Assembly (NCBI GenBank): GCA_017935095.1
Contig: JAGBIH010000016.1
Location: forward strand, 255 to 64,254
DNA: 64,000 bases
From: Ruminococcus sp.
Lineage (GTDB): Bacteria > Bacillota > Clostridia > Oscillospirales > Ruminococcaceae
Direction: 5' to 3'
Made by a program: the position numbers and the translations under genes. Positions 27,373-37,830 of the stretch are shown one piece after another; the stretch's first letter is position 1; each line of letters opens with the position of its first letter. A model generated the notes under the pieces. That model was not told where the DNA came from. It did not search any database and saw only the letters and a program-made list of their open reading frames with translations.

Positions 27373-27618
27373 ATGTTTGATAAAACTATGACATTTTCTG
27401 TCAATGAGGACAGAGAGAAAGAGCTAAAAAAAAATCTCACGATTATATATGATGCTCTCACACAGAAGGGTTATAACCCGATAAATCAGATTGTTGGTTA
27501 TATTTTGTCGGAGGACCCGACTTACATAACCACATATAATAACGCAAGAAGTCTTATCCGTCATATAGACCGTGATGAGCTTCTGCAGGTTCTTGTAAGA
27601 GCATATCTTAATTCGTAA
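27373..27618 (+). CDS. ireB: IreB/ReoM-family regulatory phosphoprotein (UPF0297)
   Basis: [36 protein letters not shown]. Confidence 0.9.
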   Translation: MFDKTMTFSVNEDREKELKKNLTIIYDALTQKGYNPINQIVGYILSEDPTYITTYNNARSLIRHIDRDELLQVLVRAYLNS

Positions 27619-27796
27619 GTTAAAATTCTGCGTGAGCATTCGGACAGGAATGATACGCTGCGGAAATATGAGATGTAACGGCGGCAATTTGTGCTGCCGT
27701 TTTATTTTATAAAAGCTTCCAGTAATATATGACCTCAGCAAAGCCATACTATATCTGCGGAGCAATCCGCAATTCACAAAAGGAATTATAAAGCTT

Positions 27797-28534
27797 ATGA
27801 AAAATATAGCTCCTGCAGCAGCAATTCTTACCGCAGCTTTAATGCCGTGTACAGCAATTTATGCAGCTGACACAACAAAAATCGGTTACGGTCAGGGAAC
27901 GTCTGTCGATGACAGAAACCGTCCGCTTGACGCTGTGCAGTTCAACGACAGATACGGCGATATTGATGCCTTCGCCCTGTCGGAGGATGAGAAAAGAATA
28001 ATCATCACATTTGATCAGGGCTATGAAAACGGCTACACCGAAAAAATTCTTGATACACTCAAGGAAAAGAATGTAAAAGCTATTTTCTTTCTTACAGGCG
28101 ATTATGCCAAAAAGGAAAAAGCACTTGTGCAGCGTATGATTGACGAGGGACATACTCTTGGGAATCACGGTATGACTCATGCAAGCCTGCCTGACCTTTC
28201 AGAGACAGAGGCAAAGGATGAAATAATGTCACTGCACAATTTTGTTCTGAATAATTACGGTTACGAAATGCAGTATTTCCGCTGTCCCTGCGGAGAATAT
28301 TCCGAGCAGGCGCTGGAGACTATTCAGCAATGCGGATATAAAACATTATTCTGGAGCTTTGCATATGTGGACTGGAAAACTGACAGTCAGCCCTTGCCCG
28401 GCGATGGGCTGCAAAAGCTTACAGATTCAGCACACGGTGGAGAAATACTGCTTCTTCATTCTGTATCGTCAACGAATGCCGAAATACTCGGCGAAGTTAT
28501 CGACAATTTCAGAGCAAAGGGATTCACAGTATAA
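27797..28534 (+). CDS. pdaA: Polysaccharide deacetylase, PdaA-like (spore cortex delta-lactam)
   Basis: TFDQGYENGYT, GNHGMTH, WSFAYVDW, LLHSVS. Confidence 0.75.
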   Translation: MKNIAPAAAILTAALMPCTAIYAADTTKIGYGQGTSVDDRNRPLDAVQFNDRYGDIDAFALSEDEKRIIITFDQGYENGYTEKILDTLKEKNVKAIFFLTGDYAKKEKALVQRMIDEGHTLGNHGMTHASLPDLSETEAKDEIMSLHNFVLNNYGYEMQYFRCPCGEYSEQALETIQQCGYKTLFWSFAYVDWKTDSQPLPGDGLQKLTDSAHGGEILLLHSVSSTNAEILGEVIDNFRAKGFTV

Positions 28535-28579
28535 CAAAAGGGGACTGCTGCACATATAATGTGTAACAGTCCCTGTGTT

Positions 28580-28906
28580 TTATATTTCGTCCATTATAAT
28601 GGAGTTTTCAGTTTTTTTAGGTTCAATAGTGCCGTTTGCAGCTATATTGTCCATAGCGGCATTATTATCCTTATATACATATTTCAGGCGCTTTTCGTTT
28701 GCGAATTGATCTTCTGTGCTTTTGATTTTTTCAAGATCGTAGCGGTAAAATTCTACAAAATTCATTCCGCCGCCTGAGAGGCTGTCCTCATAAAAGCGAT
28801 AATTTGATGGAAGTCCCTTTTTTTCACGTTCAGCGTCAATGAAATAGAATATAAAATCTGTAATAACATTAATAAGGATACCTAAAATATCAGAAAAAAT
28901 ACACAT
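28580..28906 (-). CDS. Hypothetical protein
   Basis: Open frame with GGGG RBS-like site, no recognisable motif. Confidence 0.45.
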   Translation of the reverse strand: MCIFSDILGILINVITDFIFYFIDAEREKKGLPSNYRFYEDSLSGGGMNFVEFYRYDLEKIKSTEDQFANEKRLKYVYKDNNAAMDNIAANGTIEPKKTENSIIMDEI

Positions 28907-28998
28907 AAAAGTAACCCCATGTGCGGTATTTCTTCCCCAAGAAATACCGCACGCTTGCTTTGGTGAACGTCCCTATTATCGTTCAGTCTATATCATGG

Positions 28999-29082
28999 TC
29001 AGATGAGCTCGCCGATTATGTCAATTGCAAGTTCAATCCCACATTCCAGAAAATCCCAAATAGTAATTTTAAATCTGTTCAT
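28999..29082 (-). CDS. Unannotated 27-aa ORF MNRFKITIWDFLECGIELAIDIIGELI
   Basis: ATG overlaps the prohibitin stop (TAATG) and has a GGAG RBS. Confidence 0.4.
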   Translation of the reverse strand: MNRFKITIWDFLECGIELAIDIIGELI

Positions 29083-29987
29083 TATTGCTCTCCGTTCTGA
29101 GTTGCAGAGGATGTACCTGAAATATCATCAAGGTTCACATCAATCAGCAGACCGCTGTCGCTGCTTGTAACCTTAGGCATAACACCGTTCCATTTCTGAA
29201 TCTGTTCGTAAGCAATAACCTTTTCGGAGAGTGATTCCTCAAGAAGCTTGTTAGCGTCTGCCTGAGCCTGAGCCTCCGCAAGAATAGCCTTCGCCTGAGC
29301 TTCGGCAGAGATAACCTTTTTCTCAGCTTCAGCATTAGCAATTACGATTGCCTGTTCCTGTTCAGTCTTGGTTTTAAGAAGGTTCTGTTCTGCAACCTGC
29401 TTAGCCTCGATAGCGTTATTGAACTCTGCTGAGAAATCAAAATTCACAATATTGAATTTTTCGATATAGATACCATAGTTATTGAGCTTGATATCAAGAG
29501 CAGATTTTACCTCTTCGCCGACCGACGCACGTTCTGTAATAAGCTGTTCAGCTGTATATTTTGCAGTGACGGATTTCATACATTCCTGAACAACAGGAGT
29601 TATAAGTACAGTCTGATAGTCAACGCCGACATTCTTGTACATTTCAGGTGACTTATCTGAGACGAGTCTGTAGTTTACAGCAATTGTGCTGCTTACGGTC
29701 TGAAGGTCCTTTGAGACTGCGGATGCAGGTGTTTCGTAAACCTGAATCTTATTGGACATATCCTCAACCTGCTGTATAAAGGGAACCTTCAGGTGGAAGC
29801 CTTCCTGATAAGAGGTTTCGGATACCTTACCGAGAGTCAGTACAACACCGGTACTTCCGGCAGGTACAATGGTAAATGAATTTGCAGCGATAATCAGTGC
29901 TGCAACACCTACTATAAGCCATTTAAAGCCCTTGGTGTTTTTCTTTACCGAACCGTCTCTGTTTAATTCTTCAAATTTGACTGCCAT
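29082..29987 (-). CDS. Prohibitin/SPFH-domain membrane protein
   Basis: GFHLKVPFIQ, SKDLQ, AIEAKQVAEQ, EA-rich coiled coil, KWNG. Confidence 0.9.
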   Translation of the reverse strand: MAVKFEELNRDGSVKKNTKGFKWLIVGVAALIIAANSFTIVPAGSTGVVLTLGKVSETSYQEGFHLKVPFIQQVEDMSNKIQVYETPASAVSKDLQTVSSTIAVNYRLVSDKSPEMYKNVGVDYQTVLITPVVQECMKSVTAKYTAEQLITERASVGEEVKSALDIKLNNYGIYIEKFNIVNFDFSAEFNNAIEAKQVAEQNLLKTKTEQEQAIVIANAEAEKKVISAEAQAKAILAEAQAQADANKLLEESLSEKVIAYEQIQKWNGVMPKVTSSDSGLLIDVNLDDISGTSSATQNGEQ

Positions 29988-30001
29988 AATAATTCTCCTT
30001 A

Positions 30002-30232
30002 TTAATCGTTATTCTGATTTTTATGTATAATATAATTTTTTACCGCACCGATAATTGCTCCTGAAAAGAGTCCGAAGCCTATACCGGCTGAAATGCCTGC
30101 GGAAATGTTATTAAGAAAAAATATTCCTGCAAGCAGTCCCAAGCAAGAGCCGAGGCATATGCCGATAGGCAGATAGCTTGCCGAACAATCAACCTGTTCA
30201 TTTGAAATAGCTTTTACATTTTCTTCCTTCAT
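30002..30232 (-). CDS. Small Gly-rich membrane protein
   Basis: Two hydrophobic glycine-zipper helices, AAGGA RBS. Confidence 0.6.
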   Translation of the reverse strand: MKEENVKAISNEQVDCSASYLPIGICLGSCLGLLAGIFFLNNISAGISAGIGFGLFSGAIIGAVKNYIIHKNQNND

Positions 30233-30246
30233 TTTATCCTTTCCTT

Positions 30247-30831
30247 TTATGACTGCATTTCATCAAGAATTACAGTCAGTGTTTTTTCCATTTCAGCTTT
30301 AAGGTAAGCGCTTCTGTATGCCATGATCATCACAAACATTGCCTTGTTGAGCTTGTTATCAACAGAGCGGATTTCCTTGGAGTAATCCATAAGCTCACGT
30401 GAAATCAGGTTTCTGACCGAATCTGTATCGAAAGCGCCCTCATCCTCGGCAGTGAAGATAATTCTGCAAAGTATATTATAGAGCAGAATATCATCGATAA
30501 TATCATCCGAGGTATCTTCAACATCACCGTTGATATATTTCATCAGACCTGCAATATCGTCAAGCTTCATTGCTCCACGCAGCATATTTATCAGCAGAAT
30601 GCGAAGCACCTGTTTTTCGGAGTATTTCTTGCTTTTTGTAGCTGACACCCAGCCTCGTTTTATCCAGTTCTGAATAGTAGTACCTTCAAGACCGGTAAGC
30701 TTTGAGAGCTGCGACAGCGTCAGACCGCCTGTAGCTTCAAGAACAGGGGAAATCACAGAAAAAGCTGATACCCTTGCCTGTTCGCTGAATTTAAGAGTAG
30801 TACCGGGAATGATTCGGCTCATGGTCAACAC
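30247..30831 (-). CDS. DUF1836-like MerR-type HTH protein
   Basis: TTIQNWIKRG...KKYS..Q..RILLI. Confidence 0.65.
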   Translation of the reverse strand: MLTMSRIIPGTTLKFSEQARVSAFSVISPVLEATGGLTLSQLSKLTGLEGTTIQNWIKRGWVSATKSKKYSEKQVLRILLINMLRGAMKLDDIAGLMKYINGDVEDTSDDIIDDILLYNILCRIIFTAEDEGAFDTDSVRNLISRELMDYSKEIRSVDNKLNKAMFVMIMAYRSAYLKAEMEKTLTVILDEMQS

Positions 30832-31094
30832 CTCTCGTTTCGTGATGATATGATTATATCACAGGTTCATATGAACTTCAAGTGTGTTCTCGTGATGTTT
30901 TGGGGCGATTTTGTGTATTTTTTAGCATTTACCATAATTTTACAATCATATTCGCACTTTTTCGACGTTTTTCACGTTTTTTAATTTCACAGTCTTTATG
31001 TGGCACCGTCTTTATTAATTCTCTGTTATTCATTCTTTATTCTTTCTTTTTTGCATATAGATTAGATACAGCTGAAAATGAAGGGGTGATATAT

Positions 31095-31394
31095 TTGAAG
31101 GCTCAGCCAAATCAAAGGGCAGTGATTCTCGGACAATACATAATTGAAAACAAAACGACAGTCCGTGCTGCCGCTAAAAAATTCGGCATCTCAAAAAGTA
31201 CTGTACACAAAGATGTGAGCGAACGGCTTCTGAAGGAGAATCCTGCTCTTTACGCACAGGTTAAGGATATACTTGAAATCAATAAACAGGAGCGTCATAT
31301 ACGTGGAGGAATGGCAACAAAAAGAAAATATGAAAGTATGGCTGAAAGAAAAAAAGCTCCGCATAAAGGCGGAGCCGGAAAAACATTGTATTAG
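31095..31394 (+). CDS. spoIIID: Stage III sporulation protein D
   Basis: YIIENKTTVRAAAKKFGISKSTVHKDV.ERL...NKQERHIRGGMATK, TTG start after AGGGGTG. Confidence 0.92.
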   Translation: MKAQPNQRAVILGQYIIENKTTVRAAAKKFGISKSTVHKDVSERLLKENPALYAQVKDILEINKQERHIRGGMATKRKYESMAERKKAPHKGGAGKTLY

Positions 31395-31447
31395 CAGACC
31401 TTCTGAGTGTAGTCTGCATATTTTCGCACATTCTGTGCTGTAAGAGT

Positions 31448-33130
31448 TCATGCCTGCTGCACGGACTCTTTTTTTTCAACAGGAAGCTCGATAGTGAACA
31501 CCGAGCCTTTACCTGCAGTACTGTCAACCCTGATAGTACCATGATGGTAAATCACTCCGTGCTTGACTATAGAAAGTCCGAGACCGGTACCCTTTATTTT
31601 ACGTGAGCGGCTCTTATCAACACGATAGAAGCGCTCAAAAATTCTGTCCAGACATTGATTCGGGATTCCGATACCGGTATCGCTAACGGTTATAAAGACA
31701 GACTTTGGAATATGAGAAAGCTTGACTTCAACATGACCGTTATCCTTATTGTATTTTATTGCGTTATCACAGAGGTTGAAAATTATTTCATCAAGTATGG
31801 TTTTATTACCTGTAAACAGAACGTGTTCGCCTGCAATTGACATAGAAACATTCTTTTCGTCTGCACTGCGTCTTAGTCTGCTGATGACCTCAGCTGCAAG
31901 CTCATAGAGGTCAATCTCCTCGTTTTCCTGCGGAACCGAGTTTTCGTCCAGCTTTGAAAGTGCGACTATATCATTGATAAGCGTAATGAGTCTGTCAGCC
32001 TCTTTGCGGATATTTTCTCCGAATTGGGCAACATCCTCATGCTTTACGATACCATTTGCCAGCATATCCGAGATTCCGTAGATAGTTGTAAGCGGAGTTT
32101 TAAGCTCATGGGAAACATTGGATGTAAATTCACGGCGCATTGTTTCAAGCTGTTGTTTTTCTGTAACATCCATGATAAATACGACAATACCGTTTACCGT
32201 ATCAATACTGTTTGAAGGGCTTGCGATGACTGCTCTGTCGCCGTTTCCGGTATTCATGATACATTCCGAATGTCTGCCGCCTGCGGCGTTACGGATGCAC
32301 TGATGGAATGCATCTGAATCGTTCAGCGAGTAGATGCTCTGTCCCTCTCTGACCTCGTCTGTGCCGAGGAGTCTGAGTGCACCTGAGCTGCAGACGAGTA
32401 TATTCAGATTATAGTCAGCAATAATAAGCCCCTGAGACATATTTTCTGTTATAAGGTTGAGCTGTTCACGGTAATGGCGAAGCTCTGCCATCTGACTGCT
32501 GATTTTAGTATTCTGTGCATGAAGCTTTGTAAGCAATGGAGAAAGCTCCTGATAGCTTTTGCCGATTTTGGGGTTATCAAGGTCAATTTCGGAAATAGAG
32601 CTGACAATCCGTTTTGACACTGCCTTTGCAAGAAGCAGCGAGGCGATTGCAGCAACAGCAGTGAAAATAAGGAGCGGATATATGATTTCACCGAGCTGAG
32701 CAATAAATGACGGACGCACATCGGAAATCCTCAGCACAGTACCGTCGTTCATTCTGACAGCATAGTTTATATATATTTCTGAAACGCTCAGCGAAGTTCT
32801 TGAGACTGCGTCATTTCCTTTCTGGGAGGCTTCTTCAACCTCCGGACTTTTTATAATGCTGTCATAGTCCTCTTGTTTGCTTTCAGAGTCAAAAAGCAGC
32901 TCATTTTCAGGGCTGATCCATATAACACGGAGAGTATTGAATTCTGCGGAATCAAGATAATCCCTGCCATTGAGTTCAATACCTGAGCTGATAAGATCGG
33001 CTTCGGTTTTCAGTTCTCCCTCGGCTTTTTCATAAAAGCGGCTGTTCATCAGAAGTACAATAATGACAGCGGTAATTACTACGGAAAGGGAAGAAATAAG
33101 TATAATACTGCGAAGAATTTTTTTAGTCAA
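31448..33130 (-). CDS. PhoR-like sensor histidine kinase
   Basis: Two TMs, PAS-like region, NVSHELKTPLT, NAIKYN, FERFYRVDKSRS, GTGLGL. Confidence 0.9.
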   Translation of the reverse strand: MTKKILRSIILISSLSVVITAVIIVLLMNSRFYEKAEGELKTEADLISSGIELNGRDYLDSAEFNTLRVIWISPENELLFDSESKQEDYDSIIKSPEVEEASQKGNDAVSRTSLSVSEIYINYAVRMNDGTVLRISDVRPSFIAQLGEIIYPLLIFTAVAAIASLLLAKAVSKRIVSSISEIDLDNPKIGKSYQELSPLLTKLHAQNTKISSQMAELRHYREQLNLITENMSQGLIIADYNLNILVCSSGALRLLGTDEVREGQSIYSLNDSDAFHQCIRNAAGGRHSECIMNTGNGDRAVIASPSNSIDTVNGIVVFIMDVTEKQQLETMRREFTSNVSHELKTPLTTIYGISDMLANGIVKHEDVAQFGENIRKEADRLITLINDIVALSKLDENSVPQENEEIDLYELAAEVISRLRRSADEKNVSMSIAGEHVLFTGNKTILDEIIFNLCDNAIKYNKDNGHVEVKLSHIPKSVFITVSDTGIGIPNQCLDRIFERFYRVDKSRSRKIKGTGLGLSIVKHGVIYHHGTIRVDSTAGKGSVFTIELPVEKKESVQQA

Positions 33131-33809
33131 TTATTTCTTCACCTGCCTTATATCCTACACCTCTTATTGTCTTTATCAGATCGCCGCAGCAGCCGAGCTT
33201 TAACCGTAGTGTACGGATGTGTACATCAACGGTACGGCTTTCACCTGAGAAATCATATCCCCAGATTTTTTGCAGCAATGCGTCACGTGAAAAGACCATA
33301 CCCTTGTTTTTTATAAGCAGAAGCAGTATTTCATATTCTTTAAGGGTAAGAGTAACCTTGCTGCCGTTGACCGTAACCTCATGCTTTGACGGGGAAATGC
33401 ACAATGCTCCGAGAGAAAGAATATCGCTGTCAGTAAGAATGTTCGTCTCTGATCTTCTCAGCAGAGCTTTAATGCGTGAAATAAGCTCCATAGTACCGAA
33501 TGGCTTGGAGATATAGTCGTCGGCACCATTATCAAGTCCTGTTACCTTGTCAAACTCGGTGCTTTTGGCGCTGAGCATGATAACAGGCAGCTTTTTTGTT
33601 TCAGGCTTGCTTCGTATTTTTTTCAGTATTGAAAGTCCGTCTTCTTCAGGAAGCATAATGTCGAGCAGCAGCAGCTCCGGGATTTTTTTGTCCATAGCCT
33701 TCCAGAAATCAGAGGGATATTCAAAACCGGATGCATCGAAGCCTGAATTATTCAGAGCATAAATAACGAAATTTCTGATGCTGCTGTCATCTTCAAGAAG
33801 ATAAATCAT
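33123..33809 (-). CDS. OmpR/PhoB-family response regulator
   Basis: LLDIMLP, GADDYISKPF, SRTVDVHI, TIRGVGY. Confidence 0.92.
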   Translation of the reverse strand: MIYLLEDDSSIRNFVIYALNNSGFDASGFEYPSDFWKAMDKKIPELLLLDIMLPEEDGLSILKKIRSKPETKKLPVIMLSAKSTEFDKVTGLDNGADDYISKPFGTMELISRIKALLRRSETNILTDSDILSLGALCISPSKHEVTVNGSKVTLTLKEYEILLLLIKNKGMVFSRDALLQKIWGYDFSGESRTVDVHIRTLRLKLGCCGDLIKTIRGVGYKAGEEIID

Positions 33810-33881
33810 ATCAAATCGTCTCCTGTCAGTGAATGGTATTATTTCCTGAGCCTTATATAACAGCCGTCAGGGAAATATAAA

Positions 33882-35705
33882 CTACATATTTTGTATAACC
33901 TTCCATAGCTCCTTTGCGGTGTCAAGGCTTACGCCTGCTGTAACGGCAAGCTCCTCCGGAGATGCGCTGCGCAGGTTGGCCTTTGTCTTGAACTTAGTCA
34001 GCAGCTTAGCAGCTTTCTTTTCCCCGATACCTTTTACAGTCAGAAGCTCAGAGCTGTAGGTTTTTTTCTTATGCTTTGAGTGCATATAGCTTACTGAAAA
34101 GCGGTGGACCTCATCCTGGATGCGTGTAACAAGATTAAATGCTGATTTAAGGTTGTTTATCTGGATTTCCATGCCGCCTGTTGCGATGGCACGTGTACGA
34201 TGTTTATTATCCTTGACCATGCCGAAAAGGGGAATATTCAGTCCAAGCTCACGCAGAATCGGCGCAACGGCATTTACGTGACCTTTTCCGCCGTCAAGGA
34301 GGATGAGGTCAGGCGTACGGGAGAAGAATTCATCGCCGTCCTGATTGACGATATGCAGCAGTCTTCGTTTCAGTACCTCATGCATACTGCCGTAATCGTT
34401 CTGCAGCTCCTCTTCCTTGACAGTGAAACGCTTATAAGCTTTTTTCAGCGGACGGCCGTCCTCAAAGACAATCATGCCGGCGACCATCGATTCAGAGGAA
34501 AGATTTGAGATATCATAAGCCTCAATATATCGTGGAGGCTTTTTCAGACCAAGACTGCGGGCAAGCTCCTCAAGAGCGAGGACTTCCTTTCCGGTGCGGT
34601 TATTTTTCAGTGCAGCATATTCAGCGCTGTTATTTCTGGCAAGCCTGAGCAGGTCAAGCTGACCGCCCTTCTGCGGAACATGAAGCTTTACCTTGTGCCC
34701 TGAGCGGTTTTCGAGCAGCTCCGTAATAAGCTCTGAATCCTCGGGAAGATGGTCAATTATAACTGATTTCGGAATATCATTTTTAGTGTAATAGAACTGC
34801 ATCATGAAGAGGCTGAGTATATCCTCACCGCTGTCAGTCTTTTCAAGCTCAAACACAGCTTTATCGTAGAGACGGCTTTCACGGTACATGAGTACAGAAA
34901 CGTAGACTCCGTCGTAGAATTCCGCAATACCGATAATGTCTGCGGAATCCACGCAGTTATTGATGATTTTCTGCTTTTCCGAGGCTTTTTTTACTGCGAT
35001 AATACGGTCACGCAGCATAGCAGCCTTTTCAAAGTCGAGACGTTCGGCAGCGTCATTCATTTCCTGTTCCATGCGCTCCACAGAGTCCGCACTGCCGTTT
35101 TTGATGAATTCAATAGCCTGAGCGACTGCTGCACAGTAGTTTTTCTGACTGATTCTGCCACGACACAATCCCATGCAGGTTTTGATGTGGTAGTTAAGGC
35201 AGGGACGTCCCTTCCCGAAATCCTGAGGGAATTTTTTATGACAGGTCGGCAGCATGAATACACGATTCGCCTCATTTACAGCCTGTTTAGTTATGAATCC
35301 GCTTGTATAGGGACCGAGATAACGGCCTGACTGTAAGGTGTTTTTTTCAGTAGTGATACGTGGATAATCGTCATCGGATATACGTATATAGTGATAGCCC
35401 TTATCGTCCTTGAGGAGGATATTGTATTTCGGCTTATGCTGCTTTATGAGACTGCATTCAAGAAGAAGTGCTTCATATTCGCTGTCTGTGACGATAAAAT
35501 CATAATCAAAAACATTCAACACCATAGCTGCAACCTTTGGCAGATGGTCGGGATTTTCACGGAAATAGCTGCTTACACGGTTATGGAGATTTTTAGCTTT
35601 TCCGATGTAAATTATGGTGCTTTCACGGTTTTTCATGATGTATACGCCGGGAGAGGAAGTAAGCTTTGCAGTTTTTTCCCGCAGATAGGGGAGTCTCGGA
35701 TTCAT
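33882..35705 (-). CDS. uvrC: Excinuclease ABC subunit C
   Basis: PGVY..YIGKAKNL, UVR domain, YDIS, LDGGKG, RIQDEVHRF, HhH. Confidence 0.95.
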   Translation of the reverse strand: MNPRLPYLREKTAKLTSSPGVYIMKNRESTIIYIGKAKNLHNRVSSYFRENPDHLPKVAAMVLNVFDYDFIVTDSEYEALLLECSLIKQHKPKYNILLKDDKGYHYIRISDDDYPRITTEKNTLQSGRYLGPYTSGFITKQAVNEANRVFMLPTCHKKFPQDFGKGRPCLNYHIKTCMGLCRGRISQKNYCAAVAQAIEFIKNGSADSVERMEQEMNDAAERLDFEKAAMLRDRIIAVKKASEKQKIINNCVDSADIIGIAEFYDGVYVSVLMYRESRLYDKAVFELEKTDSGEDILSLFMMQFYYTKNDIPKSVIIDHLPEDSELITELLENRSGHKVKLHVPQKGGQLDLLRLARNNSAEYAALKNNRTGKEVLALEELARSLGLKKPPRYIEAYDISNLSSESMVAGMIVFEDGRPLKKAYKRFTVKEEELQNDYGSMHEVLKRRLLHIVNQDGDEFFSRTPDLILLDGGKGHVNAVAPILRELGLNIPLFGMVKDNKHRTRAIATGGMEIQINNLKSAFNLVTRIQDEVHRFSVSYMHSKHKKKTYSSELLTVKGIGEKKAAKLLTKFKTKANLRSASPEELAVTAGVSLDTAKELWKVIQNM

Positions 35706-35719
35706 ATTTCACCTCAGGA

Positions 35720-36283
35720 TTATTGTCTGTTAAAGTAATCGATACCTGCACTCGGTCTGAAGTAGGTTCTGATGTAGCCATCCTTGGAGAGCACTACAAA
35801 TTCGTTGGTATCTTCGATATAGTAGACGTGGTCGCCGTCCTCCTGTTCAATTTTGTAGAGGGCTTCTGGATTATTGATAACGTCGCTTGCGCCCTGCTCG
35901 TATTCCTCAGCTGAGTCATAGTCAAACTCGCTGCCATGCTTATCGAAATGCTGGTCAAGGTATTTCTGGTTGCGGAAATGGTACTCAACGTAGGAGTCGT
36001 CCACAACAGGGTAACCCTCGCCGTTAAAGGGGTCATCGGTTACAGGATTTGTTGTTTCTGGTTCAGTTTCAGTTTCGGTGGTTGTTTCAGGTTCGGTCTG
36101 AGCTTCGGTGGCTGTTTTTTTCTGAGTGGTTGTCTGAGGCTCAGCGGTAGTAACGGCTGATGTCGTTGTTTCGGAAGAGGATTCTGTTTCCAGAAGCGCA
36201 TCAATTACATCGGTGCAGGAAGAAAGCGAGACTGCCATGACTCCGCAGGCAAGGATTGTGGATATGAATTTTACTATTTTCAT
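35720..36283 (-). CDS. Lipoprotein with Thr/Glu linker and C-terminal HFxKHG nuclease-like domain
   Basis: LSSC lipobox, HFDKHGSEF...YEQGA...IRTYFRP. Confidence 0.7.
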   Translation of the reverse strand: MKIVKFISTILACGVMAVSLSSCTDVIDALLETESSSETTTSAVTTAEPQTTTQKKTATEAQTEPETTTETETEPETTNPVTDDPFNGEGYPVVDDSYVEYHFRNQKYLDQHFDKHGSEFDYDSAEEYEQGASDVINNPEALYKIEQEDGDHVYYIEDTNEFVVLSKDGYIRTYFRPSAGIDYFNRQ

Positions 36284-36400
36284 AAGACTACCTCCAAAAA
36301 AATCGTTACATTAATTATATCACGAATGCTTGTATATTACAAGCAAAATATTGCACGCAGGGCAAAGAAAAAGGGCAGAAGAATCTGCCCTTAAAAACTA

Positions 36401-37780
36401 TCAATCAAACTTCGGAAGTGTGGAGATAGACTTCTGAAGCTCCTCGTCGGTAGGGATATAGTCGCTCATTTCGCCGTTGTTGAATCTTTCGTAAGCAAAC
36501 ATATCAAAGTAGCCTGTACCTGTAAGACCGAAGAGGATAGTTTTCTCCTCGCCTGTCTCCTTGCATCTGAGAGCCTCGTCAATTGCAGCCTTGATAGCAT
36601 GGCTGCTTTCGGGAGCAGGGAGAATACCCTCAACTCTTGCAAAATCAACCGCAGCCCTGAATACCTCTGTCTGCTCAACAGAGACAGCCTCCATGTAACC
36701 CTGATCATAAAGCTCAGAAAGTACAGAGCTCATACCGTGATATCTCAGACCGCCTGCATGATTGGAGGCAGGAATAAATCCGCTGCCGAGAGTGTACATT
36801 TTCTGGAGAGGACAAACCTTGCCTGTATCACAGTAGTCATAAGCATAAACGCCTCTTGTAAGGCTGGGGCATGAAGCAGGCTCAACAGCGATAAATCTGT
36901 AGTCAGCCTCACCTCTGAGCTTTTCGCCCATAAACGGAGAGATAAGTCCGCCGAGGTTAGAACCGCCGCCTGCGCATCCGATAATGATATCCGGCTTGAT
37001 ATCATATTTATCCATTGCGATTTTTGTCTCCATACCGATAATTGACTGATGGAGGAGAACCTGTGCAAGAACGCTTCCGAGAACATAACGGTAGCCCTCC
37101 TGAGTTGTAGCTGCTTCGACAGCTTCTGAGATTGCACAGCCGAGACTGCCTGTTGTATCAGGGAGCTCGGAGAGGATTTTTCTTCCTACCTCAGTTGTTT
37201 CGGATGGTGAAGGTGTAACGCTTGCGCCGTATGTTCTCATAACCTCACGGCGGAAGGGCTTGAGCTGATAAGAGCCCTTTACCATAAAGACTTTACAATC
37301 GAGGTCGAAATATGAGCATGACATAGAGAGTGCGGTACCCCACTGACCTGCACCTGTTTCGGTAGTAACGCCCTTGAGGCCCTGTTTTTTAGCGTAATAA
37401 GCCTGTGCAATTGCGGAATTGAGCTTATGGCTTCCGCTTGTATTGTTTCCTTCGAATTTATAGTAGATTTTTGCCGGAGTGCCGAGCTTCTTTTCGAGGA
37501 AGTAAGCTCTTATAAGCGGTGAAGGACGGTACATTTTGTAGAATTCATGAATTTCATCCGGAATAGCGATAAAGCGGTCGGTTTCGTTAAGCTCCTGCTT
37601 TACAAGCTCCTCGCAGAAAACACGGCTGAGCTCCTCGGCAGTCATCGGTTTACCTGTTTCCGGATTAAGCAGGGGAGCCGGCTTCTTTTTCATATCTGCA
37701 CGAAGATTATACCATTCCTTTGGCATTTCATTTTCTTTAAGGTAAATTTTGTAAGGTATTTTTTCGTTTGACATAATCAT
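36401..37780 (-). CDS. trpB2: Tryptophan synthase beta chain type 2
   Basis: SGSHKLNSA PLP Lys, TETGAGQWG, GGGSN, HAGGLRYHG, PAPES. Confidence 0.9.
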   Translation of the reverse strand: MIMSNEKIPYKIYLKENEMPKEWYNLRADMKKKPAPLLNPETGKPMTAEELSRVFCEELVKQELNETDRFIAIPDEIHEFYKMYRPSPLIRAYFLEKKLGTPAKIYYKFEGNNTSGSHKLNSAIAQAYYAKKQGLKGVTTETGAGQWGTALSMSCSYFDLDCKVFMVKGSYQLKPFRREVMRTYGASVTPSPSETTEVGRKILSELPDTTGSLGCAISEAVEAATTQEGYRYVLGSVLAQVLLHQSIIGMETKIAMDKYDIKPDIIIGCAGGGSNLGGLISPFMGEKLRGEADYRFIAVEPASCPSLTRGVYAYDYCDTGKVCPLQKMYTLGSGFIPASNHAGGLRYHGMSSVLSELYDQGYMEAVSVEQTEVFRAAVDFARVEGILPAPESSHAIKAAIDEALRCKETGEEKTILFGLTGTGYFDMFAYERFNNGEMSDYIPTDEELQKSISTLPKFD

Positions 37781-37830
37781 TTCTCCTTTTTTAAAAATTG
37801 AGTGTGGTTCATAAAGCTATGCCTAAAAAA

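Noticed and set aside
29030-29050. GAATGTGGGATTGAAC on the minus strand resembling a CRISPR repeat end
   Set aside because: Single copy, explained as part of the small ORF.
30882-31094. Hydrophobic N-terminal extension of SpoIIID
   Set aside because: T-rich promoter region. The RBS and homology begin at TTG 31095.
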